The translations under genes and the position numbers were made by a program. From Puccinia triticina (lineage: Eukaryota): DNA of 64,000 nucleotides. Under the pieces are notes generated by a model, which saw only the letters and a list, made by a program, of their open reading frames with translations, was not told the origin of the DNA and searched no databases. How positions within the stretch are numbered: position 1 is the stretch's first letter; every line of letters starts with the position of its first letter. Below are positions 11,861 through 23,830 of the stretch, piece by piece. The DNA is taken from NCBI GenBank assembly GCA_026914245.1, contig CP110439.1:6386001-6450000 (forward strand), in the 5' to 3' direction.

Positions 11861-13280
11861 AGGATTGGCTTGGTAAGCTTGTTGGTTCCACAAAACGGGT
11901 TTTTTTCCACGTGGAACCAATGGGCTTCACACTTTTCCCCGTCGGTTCCATGATGTGCCTTCCTGGCACGCGTGGAGACCACGTCAGCTTGTTTCTCATG
12001 TGGGTTCCACAGCATTTTTTTTTTTTACTTCCAGCCAAGACAACCTCAGGCTGGTCCTGAGGTTTTGAAAGTCCAGGGAAACTTGATTTTGAAGAGAGGA
12101 AAAAAATGTTGGAAAAAAAACTTAAGAAAAAAACTGATGGCAAACCCAATCACAAACCATTGTTTGGGGGGTTGATATCATGCAAAGAAGCGCAGTGTAC
12201 TAATGTGAAGCAAATAGGTGACATTGCGGCCCGCAGCGTCACCTGACGTTGCATTTGGGGTCGCGGCCGCAGTGACTGCGCCTGCTTGCGCAGTCACGCG
12301 GGCTTGCAACAACAGGGTGACCCTGCATCCCGCAGCAACACCTACATGCCTGTAGTGTGAGTGGTGTGGTACTCCCTCTCATCTGAACCCCCTGCGCTGT
12401 TTGGGAGTTCAAGTCACACTGGTGATAATTTTTACCAGGCTGTGCTCCTGCTGAATTTTTAAGGCCCGCCTACGTGGCCACATGGATTCCACAGGTACAC
12501 ATCTGTAAATATCCGTGGAATCCTTGGGGCCATCACGAGGTGCCCCCACAATCCACTTGGTGGAGATCACGTGAATGTGTGGACCAGCAGCCGCTGGTCC
12601 AACCTTGCGCAGGGGCACTACGGGGAATCCACAAGGATTCCTCAAGATATCCTTGTTGATGGAATCCCCAGGTGTACTCACCTGTCACAGTTATTTATTA
12701 CACATACATATCACAGTTACTTGCAATTCACACTCATAGTTTGTTTCACAAGCCTCTCAAGGTACTGGGTTCCAATCCTGGTGGAAGCATAGCTTTCAAA
12801 CCTTGACCTTCTCTTTTTCACTTTATATACCCTCTGCTCATGGACCTGGGTTCAAGCCCCGTCCAAGTCATCAGTATTTTTTTGCCCATTTCAGACATCT
12901 CATCTGCTCCTTAGACACTCAGAAATCTTCACCAAACAATCCAACTATACTCTTCATCTTTGAACATATCCTTATCACTGAATAAAACTGCCAAGCTTAG
13001 CTTGGTGGTCTTGTTTTCTGATATCCATAAAAGCAGAGTTTTGAACCTCATCCATACCTTTTGCCATTCAGCAAAAGGCTCTCACAACACCTTTTGAGTC
13101 TTACACCAGTTATCCAGCCCAACACCTGGCTATACTTGTAATGACACAAGGCGGTGAGTAGTCTGCATGCTGGGCTGTTTTTGGAAACCCTGAGCCCTGT
13201 ACTCATACTGGAGGGTTAAACTCAAGCACATGTACTGCAAAAATGCTGTACTTAAGGGTGTCAAACAGTGCTGTCTGTGT

Positions 13281-14180
13281 TAGACATGGCACTTGGGTAC
13301 CCGGCACCCGCCAGCATGTACCCAGAACACCCGCCGGCGGGTGCGGGTGTTCAGTTTTTGGGCAGGAAAAAAATGGGTACCCATCTGGGTAGCCGCCCAT
13401 CTTGGTGGGCCAATTGGATTGGAGGGATCTCTCCGTTTGAAGAGGTGGGAGGTGTACATACCACCTCAAACGGAGTGATCCCTCCGCCCAGAGGTGTGTA
13501 CACCTCCTCGACTGGAGGGACTCCTTGACCGGAGGAGTCCCTCCGGTCAAAAAGCTTGTGCACCTCTTTGACTGGAGGGATCCCTCCGGTCAAGGAGGTA
13601 CTATACCCCCGGGACTCCGGGAGGAATCCCCGGGTCAGCGAGTATATTGATGACCGGGAAGATTCCCTCCCGGTCATCGATATAATTGATGGCTGGGAGG
13701 ACTTCCTCCCAGTCATTGATATAATTGATGTCTGGGAGGACTTCCTCCCGGTCATCGATATAATTGATGTCTGGGAGGACTTCCTCCCGGTCATCGATAT
13801 AATTGATGTCTGGGAGGACTTCCTCCCAGTCATTGATATAATTGATGGCTGGGAGGACTCCCTCCCGGTCATCAATATAATCAATGGCTCAATGGCTGGG
13901 AGGACTCCCTCCCCGTCATCTCGATGAGCTTGCTGACTGTGGGAATCCCTCCCGGTCAGCAAGTGTATGTATTGCTGACCGGGAGGGATTTCTCACCGGC
14001 AGTGAGTATATCAGAGCGGGTACCCGCCCCTGCACCCAGCACCCGCCAGCAGGTACCCGGTATACCCGCCGAGCACACGCCGGCGGGTGCCAGGTGTGGG
14101 TGCGGGTGTTGAGAATTTGCAAAATTTCAGGCGGGTACCCGCACCCGCGGTGGGTACCTGGGTGCAAGAGGCCATCTCTA
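13281..14180. mobile_element. Non-autonomous hAT-type element with an internal 39-bp hairpin tandem array
   Basis: TIRs TAGACATGGC / GCCATCTCTA and perfect 8-bp TSD GTCTGTGT. Array GATGTCTGGGAGGACTTCCTCCCGGTCATCGATATAATT at about 13650-13880. Confidence 0.88.
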
Positions 14181-14827
14181 GTCTGTGTAGGGTAAAAATT
14201 TGACTCCCAGAAATTAATTTTCCAACTCCCAAATGTTGCAGACATCCGGAAGACCGGATTTAAATGTTGGCACTGGGTTGCCAGGACACCCAAAATGGGT
14301 CAGGGGAGATTTTGGGAGTCAAAAAATTAATTCTGCTATCCAGAATTGGAGTCAAAAATTAAAATTCACAAAAAATGGCAAAAGTAAAGAAAAATTCATA
14401 TCTCCGCACCGCAGCGCCCAACCCCCCCCCCCCCCCCTCCCCCCCCAAAGTCTTAAAGAGTGCAGAAGACCCTCTGGAACATGGTGATCTGCGCGGCATC
14501 AGCTCACTCCAGGAAAGCCACATGCTAATGTGTGCTCTGATTTGGTGGATTTGCTACTAAGGAAAATTACCAAAACCTTAGCCACAGTGCCCCAAAACTT
14601 CACAGCACTGAGTTAAATAACATCTATAAGAATGATTATCTTCTAGGCAGTACCCCACAAACAGAAGTTAGTTTTGAGTCATATCTCCTACTAAGGTACT
14701 TATCATCCGGCACATTCATAACTTTTTTTTCCCATTCACCACATGCATAAAAATTTGAGATAACATAGAATTATGCATAAAATGAACTCCTTGAAATCAT
14801 ATGCAACATTTTGTCATCAGAACATAC

Positions 14828-15043
14828 CACTGCCAGCATAATTGGCATGCTTTGAGGTTATTCCAGTTAAACTGGGATGAACTCAACCAATTTCAACTTG
14901 GTTGATCTCAACTGATGAATATAAGTCCAAGTTACCCCCCTTGGTTTTATATTTCATTGAATGAGATCAACCCATTTTAAATTGGTTGAGTGCATCCCAG
15001 TTAAACTGGGATGACTTCATCCCAGCCAAATATGCTGGCAATG
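14828..15043. mobile_element. CACTG-ended MITE
   Basis: TIRs CACTGCCAGCATA / TATGCTGGCAATG, palindromic interior, imperfect 3-bp TSD TAC/TGC. Confidence 0.6.
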
Positions 15044-16139
15044 TGCAATATAAGGGGTGTGCAGCGGAATTAGTAGGAAAATGACTTCTAACTGTATACC
15101 TTTTTGGTTACACACCCAAACAGTCTAAAAAATTCAGGAATACTTTAATGTTAAATAATATTTATGCCATGAAATTCTGAACAATGTTGTGGCATCAGAA
15201 CATGGGACCGCCATGGGTATCTGGGTCATCTTTACCTGTACATATCTTCTGAGGCATTCTGCAGCTCATGTACAATAGGTGCCAACAAAGGTTGATTTGG
15301 CTAGTATGGCAAAGCAATTCACCTAATAGAGGTGTAAGAGTCTTGAATAGACACTTCACTTGCAGGTCAGGTGGATCAGGCTCAGGCGCAGGACAAGGTA
15401 CTTGGACCTTGGAGGGAAAACTTCTAGAACCACACCATGTATTGCAAATGCTAGCTCAGAGGAAGTGTCAGTACTTCCCTCCATACAATATAGGAGAGAG
15501 AAGGGAAGAGAACAGAGATGAAGGAAATGAGTGCTCACCAAGCTCAGAGGAAGTGTCAGTACTTCCCTGCTGAGCGCGGTGGGTGCAGGGATTTGAGGCC
15601 TGAGAGTCCTGCTGGAGATAGGTCTGGGCCCGCCAGAGGCGGGGTCACAAGAGGACTTGCTGTCAATCTGGGAACCCCTTCCAATCGTAGATCTGAGGCA
15701 AATTTTTCAGGGACGTTGAGGAATGCCCCAGTGGACGTACTGGTTGGCACCCAGGTACCACACCACTTTTTTCACCCAAACCCAACAACACCTGGCACCG
15801 CCTGGCGGGTGCGTTTGGGGGGTACCTGCAGGGCAGCGGTTGACCGCACAGCGGTGTTCTCATCACGCTACTTGCTACACACAGCAACTGTCCGCTACCC
15901 TCCCAGGGCCATTAGCAAGAGCAAAAATTTGCTACGCCACCCTCTAAATTAGTGGATAGCGGAACAGGTTTGTTTTCTAAACGTGTTTTTATGTGTTTTA
16001 AAACTTTTTTCTCTGTCTTTTTTTTGGCTTCCAAATTGCATAGAGAAAAGCAGCACTGACTGCTACATGAACACTTCTTTAGCATGCTATTTTTTGATTT
16101 TTTTGTTTTTTTGGAAAATCAAAAGGGGCCGGCTTTGGG

Positions 16140-16838
16140 CACTCCAAATATTTGCTACATGCACTCCAAAAAAGGAGTGAACTTGTGTCTACTCCAATAA
16201 ATGTTGGAGTGAACAAAGGTTTACTCCAAAAGTGGGCTAAATTGGAGTGTTCCAAAGTTCACTCCAATATTTATTGGAGTGAAAACTTGTGCACTCCAAA
16301 ACAAAAATGGAGTATAAAATTAGGCACTCAAACTGTGGAGTTGATTTCAACCCACTCCTTTTTTTTTGGAGTGTGGACCACTGGGCACTCCAAAAAAGTG
16401 TGGCCAGTGATTCCCATGGAAAGAGAGCAGATAAATAGGCTCAGACTCACTGGAATCTTTGGGGCCTAGTCTTAAGGGGAGGAATGTGAGTGTGGTGGAA
16501 GTTTGTCTGTAGGGGGGATGCAGATTCTCCAAGGGTCAAAGCATGACTTGGTTGATCTGGAGGAGTTGCTTGGAGTGCATGCATGTATTTAAAATAGTTG
16601 TTCACTCCAGTATTTATTGGAGTGTACAGTAGTACACTCAAATCCTGAACCAGATCAAGTTTCAATATTGGAGTGCACAAGTTTCCACTCCAATAAATGT
16701 TGGAGTGAACTTATGAACACTCCAATTTAGCCCACTTGTGGAGTGAACAAAGTTTCACTCCAAATATATATTGGAGTGAACTTTGGAACACTCCAATTTA
16801 GCCCACTTTTGGAGTAAACCTTTGTTCACTCCAATATT
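16140..16838. repeat. Foldback repeat built from CACTCCAA/TTGGAGTG motifs; host of the Harbinger insertion
   Basis: 16190-16290 is inverted relative to 16770-16838. The sequence resumes at 19204 (ATTTATTGG). Confidence 0.65.
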
Positions 16839-19203
16839 GGAGGACTTCCCGTCAATCTGGAAATCCAGATCTGACCCTCCAGATTCCAGATTCTCGGTAG
16901 GTCCACGGGGGAACCCAATCTCCAGAAATACTTGAAGGGGTTTAAGGTCCAGATATCCTCAGATATCCTGCCAGCTCCTGCCAGCCGTTTCCGCATCAAC
17001 CACAAACACCGATGGCCCAAAATAGCACAGCAAGACCTCAATCTCAGGAGAACCCACACAAAACCCAAGCAACTAACCCATCCCAAGCCAAAGTCAAAGA
17101 GGCTCAAATCCAAGTGGCCAAAGGCAAACTGGTGGACGCACTCCCGGATCTCAGGGCTATAGCAACGCCAATCAGATTGCGCTGGTGGATGTGGTCCAAC
17201 AAATCTTACCCTTGGGAGCTAATGAGTGGACAAAGTTCCAATCAATATATAACTCGTGCGCATCTTTGAACCAACGATCATTACAAGAGGTTCAATCTTT
17301 GAAAACAAAGTTCAGAGGGTTGATAAAATACCTGAAGCAATAAAATTTTCCGTTTCTCCTATCTTGTTCTCATGATGCTCTTGAGTAAATAAGTCTCATT
17401 TTGTCCTTGTGAAAGTGCTCACAATGTATGAAAGTGTATGATCAAAAATGCTCAAATACATCAAGGCAAATATGAATAATCAATTTTTGATTCATTTGTT
17501 TGACTCAAGCACAATTCTTTTTTTGAGTGAGATCTTCAGATGCATCAAAAAGACATGAGCAAACAAAAAAAGGTTTGAAAAAATATAAATATTGGAAGTC
17601 ATAACCAGTCACCGTAGTAACGGCTCATGTGGCATTGTTTTTCGATAGCTTAAAAAGCATTTTATGGAATTCCCTTGATACTACATGCAGTTTGTCCCAC
17701 ACCAAGTCGTAAACTGTCTGGATTTGATTGAGCTTAACCATCCGACAACAGAGCTGATGCAAACGGCACACTACTTGAAGGACATTGGCACGGAACCAAT
17801 GATCAGATGCCAGTAAAGGGAGCTTCAGTTGTGCAAATGAGCCTTCGAGTGAATGCATTCCCCACTCCGCGGCCTGGCAAGCTGAAACCACCTGTTTGTT
17901 CAGAAGCTTGAGTTGTGCGTACAATTGTGGTGTCAAAGGAAGGCAATCACCTCTTTTTGCCGGAGCCAGTATGCGGCTTTGGAGCCGTTTGGACTTGCGA
18001 GGGAACGCCGTATCACTCAAGATACAAAATCCCGTTGGCGCATTGTGGAGGAGCTTGTCATAAAGAGGGCCTGTGATAGCCGAATCATGCCACAATCCGG
18101 GTGCGTTTGGGATAGCGTACATTATGGTTCCATCTGGAGCAAACGCCAGGATGCAACTGCAATAGTGTGAACATGTCCACCCATTGTAGTATGCATTCTG
18201 AACACTTTGTCCAAAAAAAAAGAAATGAGATCAATAGAGGCCGGAAGAAAAAACTGAAGCAAAAACTCTCACTTACTCATCATTATCAGACACTAGCACC
18301 GGCAAGTTCAAGCCATCAAAAAATCCAAAACAGCCTTTGAGGAGTGGAAATTTCTTCTTGATAGTCTGCAAAAGGCTGGATGGTATCCAAGGTTGATGGC
18401 CAGGTGATCCGTGCATTTTGGAGACTCTTGAGTACCTCAAGCAAAATTTGAATACCACACAAGAGATAACGAGAGCAGACAGCCGGGGTTAAGGAGAAAA
18501 TTTGCTGGAGGGTTTACGCCGCCATTGTCGAGCTCAACCAATGCAAAACCAATCCCAGACACCCAGCAGCATCACACGCCACCCAACCTGAGGCTCACCG
18601 TTTGGATTCACGTCCGCTCTTGGAATTGTTTCCTCAGTCCAGCGGAATGAGAAAGGTCCCAGGATCTAGCAAAAGGTCCTGACGTCAAGGTTGTTGTTAT
18701 AAAAGCTCGGTTGTTTTTCCGGCGGTACATCCACACCCACGCACTGTCCACGAGTGGGTCCCCCGCTAGATCACCACGAGTGAGGTATGTCCTTAAGCGT
18801 TGCATTGGACCGCCCCCGCACCCCAAGGCCATGAAGAGAAGAATGGCTTCCTCTGCTTCCCGGTTTTCACAAACCCGTAGCTGCTGGAATTGACGCCAAA
18901 TCAGATGTTGTTGGTTCTGTTGATGATATAGCAGGAGGGAGTTTTGGTCGGATTTAGAGTTGTCCATCAAAAATCCAAGTACACGTTGATTGAGTTGTCT
19001 CCAGAGCTGAAAAGCCGGAGTTGATCTTATGACAAAGTGATATGTTTGGCACCAGCAGCCTGGGTACATACATATATGGGGATGTAGAATAAATCTGAGG
19101 GGTGCGGGCAACAGGAAAGGAGATCTGGCAAGATGTGGGTGGAACTCTGGAATCTGGAGATATCTGACTCTGGAAGGCCTTCCAGATTGATGGGAAGTCC
19201 TCC
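16839..19203 (-). mobile_element. PIF/Harbinger DNA transposon relic
   Basis: TIRs GGAGGACTTCCC(G/A)TCAATCTGGAA and 3-bp TSD ATT. Removing the element restores the host motif CCAATATTTATTGG. Confidence 0.85.
17625..18950 (-). pseudogene. Degenerate Harbinger DDE transposase (DDE_Tnp_4-like)
   Basis: Fragments GCFGFFDGLNLPV, NAPGLWHDS, ILSDTAFP and QAAEWGM, broken by frameshifts. Confidence 0.8.
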
Positions 19204-19416
19204 ATTTATTGGTCTGTTTTGACATTCTCCAGAGTCTTCCAATACAGATTCATATGTGAATTCAAGCAAGAGGCAGGGTCATACTTACATTTGGCATGAC
19301 AACCTTAAGCCTAGCTTAGATGCCTTGTCCCAGTTAGCCACCTCCATGCAGAGCCATCACTCAAGACTGCTAAGGCACAAAAGAACAATGCTGACCTTTG
19401 AAATACTAAAAAGGAT

Positions 19417-19521
19417 TGGTCAATGTGGGGATCGAACCCACGACCTTGGCATGACATTGCAGCGGACCCTGTGAGCCTACTGGGTATTAGTACCACGCTC
19501 TACCGACTAAGCTAATCGACC
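19417..19521 (-). tRNA. tRNA-Ile(AAT) with a 32-nt intron
   Basis: Minus strand GGTCGATTAGCTTAGTCGGTAGAGCG-TGGTA-CTAATA-[intron]-A-TGCCA-AGGTCGTGGGTTCGATCCCCACATTGACCA. All stems pair, and a T5 Pol III terminator follows. Confidence 0.93.
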
Positions 19522-21022
19522 TGTTTGTGATGCCCCAAGGATTATCATCATTACAGTCCGACAGCTTGCTCGCATTGGTTGAAATTCTAGCCGATGGTTT
19601 TACGAATCCGCTGCAGATAGTAGCCATGTCGTTCAAAAGCGAGACCTCAGAGGTGAATGTTTATGTAGGAACATTGACAGACTTGTTTATCAGTTCACTT
19701 ACCAGTGAGGATAACGGAAGGCACGCGATCCAATTTCAGTGAGTGTATCGGAGAAAGCTCGGAACTGGGATCAAGGTATGATGTATATGTGATGGTTGAG
19801 GGAACCGTAGCTGCATATAAGACGACGGGTGGTGATGGAGGGTACGCGCTGCTCAGCGAGGTTACAGAGGCTGGCCGGCTTATCCAACGATTGCGGCCTG
19901 GCTCTGGGCTGTGTACACTAGTCGTATGCGGTCGGATTTACTGCCGTAGAACGACACCGAGATTGACCAGGCAGACCACGCTAACGTATTTTTGAGCGTC
20001 GAACTGTAGAATGAGCAACATCAGCAAGTTTAATTCGTTTTCACAGCTTCAGAAGTTGAGCTTGGTTTAGAACACTTGAGGGGTTCAACGCCCAGATCGA
20101 TAGGGGTACCGTCGTCATCGCAGAGTACCAAGCCGAATGCTATTCTCATCGCAACCTTGAAGCTACCTGGTTCCACGATTAGTGAAGAGGTGAGATGCAG
20201 GAGTAAGGGAATGCTTATGAAGATATAGAAACGGTTAAACTGACGCTCTTTCAACAAACTAAGAGAGGCGGGGGTGTCGAAGCGGCCGATACATATGGAG
20301 TAAATTAGCCAGATGCCTTCTTCGCGGGGTTAGCCCTGGGTGTGCCGCTGGATCTCATCGTAATATGATCTGTGTGGAAGAGATCATTGTCACAGTCGAT
20401 CCAGGTGTTCCAGCCGGCCCGGGGTTGGGACGGGGGCTGATATCCCCGACGCCCGCATCTGTGGTGCACTGCTCTTAAGAACTTCCCCTGAACTCTGTAG
20501 GGGGTTACAGAGTCAGATCTGCAGCGTCTTGGACTAACCTTCCCCTCAGAAATCTGCATTGAATATCTGGCTCTGTAGAGGGCTACAGAACCAAAGTCTT
20601 CCAATGTTGCCATTTTTAACAGGCATATACCACAATCCATGACAGTGTGAATCCAATCCAATTGGATCTGCACACAGAATGAAACAACACCCTTCCAATA
20701 TGGGCACCTTTATAAGGTGAGTTCTCTGTTCCTGGGAACCATTTCCAGCATAGATTAGAGATGCTCAGGTGTTTGTGGATTTTACTTTTGCAGTGCATCA
20801 TTATCTCTATCTTTGCAGGATGACCTTTTTAATATTAAAAAAGCATGCAATACAAATGATAGAGATGAATAAAGCATAGGAGTATATCCTAATTTGTAAT
20901 GCTTGTGAAAATGAAAGTGGTCATGATGAGCAACAACAATGATTGAGCTAGACCTCTGTAAGTACAGCAGCTGCAGCAAAGACGCCTGATGCTTGTGTAG
21001 ATATATTATTGGATATAACATG

Positions 21023-23830
21023 CTATACATCAATCATATCTTTGTGTATTTGAGCAGTGAGATCATGGATGGAAAGACAAAATATTAGGTTGAAGAACTT
21101 CTTAATCATTTCAAAGCTAATAGAACCTTTGGTTAATGTGTCTAGAAAATCTTGATGATTTTTTTCAAGCCACATCTTGAGCAAATTCCAAACAGTTGCC
21201 ATAATGACATTGATACCATGTAACCTTTTATAATTACCTTTTAGAATTTTCCTCAGTTTTTCAATTCTCTCATTAGTTTGATCTTGATTTGTGCATATTT
21301 CCTCCAATGTTAAAAAGGCCTGTTCCATTTCTGAAGCTACATTATTAGCATGATGTGATCTGGGAATGATTGTGCTGATCATCTCTACATAGAGAAGGTA
21401 TGTAGTAGTAATTTTTTGAACCATAAATGTTGGACTATAAATGATTCCTGGGATTTTATTTTCAAATTGAGGATTCTTTTGTCCAAACCAGTGTGCATAC
21501 CAATCATTTTGACTTCTAAAAAGTACTTGCTGAGCTTGCCACAAAGAAATGTATGGTTTCCTTTCTGAATTTTTACGTGAATGTTCAGCTATTGCTTTAG
21601 CAGCAATTTCACGGAAGATGCAACAATAATTTTGATGCTTGAAATTCTCCTCTGCAATAACCAACTTTCTCTCTGAATTTCCTTGTGATGGAAGTGATTT
21701 GATGAGATCCCTAATACCAGCAGCCTCTGGTGAATCTACATTGATGAGGAGATCCCAATCAAAATTCAGTTTATTGGACAGTCTGAATTTCTTTCTTATC
21801 AAATTTTGACTGGGTATGTCAATTTCATCATTCTTTAAAAAATTTCTGGAATTTGGAAACAACCTTTCATTATCAGCGGACACCTGCACTAAATTGTTGG
21901 AATTGTTTGAAGTCTTTGGGCTGATTTACTTTTCATAAAAATCAATGGGAGCTCTCTTTGCTTGACCAAGGTTTCTCAATAAAATATGAGATGTTCCATG
22001 CTCTCCATCAATCATGTCCTCTTCAATTTGAAAAGTAAGACCCTCAATGGAAAGACAGAATATAAGATTGAAAAATTTCTTCATTGTTCCAAGACTGATA
22101 GATAAATTTGATAACTTATCCAAAATATCTTGACGATTACCTCTAATCCAAATATTCAAATAATTCCAAACAGCTGCCATCAAATCATTTACCCCATGTA
22201 ACCTCTTGGCTTTTTTTGTTGATTTCTCTTTGTAGTTTTTCTCATTTATCTCATTCATTTTTTCATCTTCATTTATTATTTCTTCCAAAACAAAAAGGGC
22301 CCTTTCTAGCTCCAAGGCTAAATTTTTACCATACTCTGATCTAGGTATGATTGTACTGATCATCTCCACATAGAACAGGTATATTACAGTGATTTTCTTG
22401 AAAATGGCCTTGGGACTATCTATGATTCCTTTGCTACATATTTCATTTATAGAATTTGTTGGCCCAAGCCAATGTGCATACCAACTCTGCTGACTGTTGC
22501 AAAGTATTTCTTGAGCCTGCCACAATGAAATGCATGGTCTTTCTTCTGAATTGCTGTTGTGAGGAAATTTAGTAAATGTATGGGCAACAATTTGACAGAT
22601 TACATGGCCATATTCTGCATTTTCAAAAGTTTCTTCTGTCATAACCAATTTACCATCTGTAGATCCTTTTTGTGTAAAACGTTGTATTAAATTCACAATT
22701 TCATTCCCCAGAGTTAATTTTGCATTCTTGAAAATATTGCAATCAAAAATAAGTTTTTTATCCAAGTTGAATTTATTCCTGATTGTATTTTGACTGGGGA
22801 TGTAATTTTCATTATTCAAAAAAAAGTTTCTGTACTTGAGGAGGGATTCTCCATTATCTTTGCAAACAAGCTCTGGATTTATGTGTTTTTTTGAATGATC
22901 TGCCTTGAGGTTTTTGTCATAAGTACAAATGGCACCCCTTTTTTCTTGACCAAGCTGGCTTAATACTTCAGAATGAAGACCAATATTTTGAGCACTGGAG
23001 TAGTCCCTAGAATTAGCTGGGTTTTCAAATGAATATTTTGGAAATACAGGATTAAATCCAACATTGATCAAATCAAACCAAGAAGAAGTGGGATCCTGTG
23101 AAGTATTGATTTTCATTTCTGATTTAGAAGAGCCAATAGCATCTTGGGGTGCTGAATCCATACCACTTGGGAGGATATATTGAGCTCCAATTTTTTGATG
23201 AAACAATTCATTGGATGTAGTGGAAGAAGGGATGAAATGCCCTGCTGCACTTGCTAAACATGCATTACCAGGTTCAAGCAAATTAGCATAAGCTGAGATG
23301 TTTTCAAAATCACACCACGTTTTCAGACTCTTGGGTAAGCCTGCTGAAGTTTCTTCAAGTTCATCTACTTTGCGCTTAAGATACACATTCTGGTTCCAAT
23401 GAGAATCTGAATTCTCTCCAAGGGGAAAATGAAGTTGTTGATTGAGATCTTCTGATGCAAATTCTTTGACTATGTTGGGTTGAATATCCAGTAAATTGGC
23501 ACCTCCTTGATAAACTGGAGCTCCAATATGATTTAAAGGTGGATGAAGGCTAGGATAACTTTCAAAATACCCAGGAACTCCAGAAGTAGAAGGAATATCA
23601 TTAAAAACATATCCAAAAGACTCTTTTCCCTTAAAGCTGTCAAAAGGTGGATTGTAAGAAAAGTTGTCAGCCAATCCAACAGTGGAAATTGAGTGGTCTA
23701 TTTCATTGGCTTTAGGAGATTCACTATTCCAATAAAAAGATGCCAGATGATTGACATCTGATTCTTCAGTTGCATAACAGTTGGCAATCAAGGAAAATAA
23801 CACAGGGAGATATTCAAATCTTCTTGGCAT
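21023..23830 (-). CDS. Large putatively secreted protein with two tandem homologous domains; single in-frame TAA at 21926-21928
   Basis: Signal-like N-terminus MPRRFEYLPVLFSLIANCYA from ATG 23830. The two listed ORFs share one frame. Both domains have IPSQN, ISLWQAQ, YVEMISTIIPRS and KKFFNLIFCLSI. Confidence 0.8.

Noticed and set aside
13351..13962. 203-aa and 123-aa repetitive ORFs
   Set aside because: They are a by-product of the 39-bp tandem array in a non-autonomous element.
21926..21928. Programmed stop-codon readthrough as the main explanation for the in-frame TAA
   Set aside because: UAA followed by A is an efficient terminator context, so a nonsense allele or splicing is more plausible.
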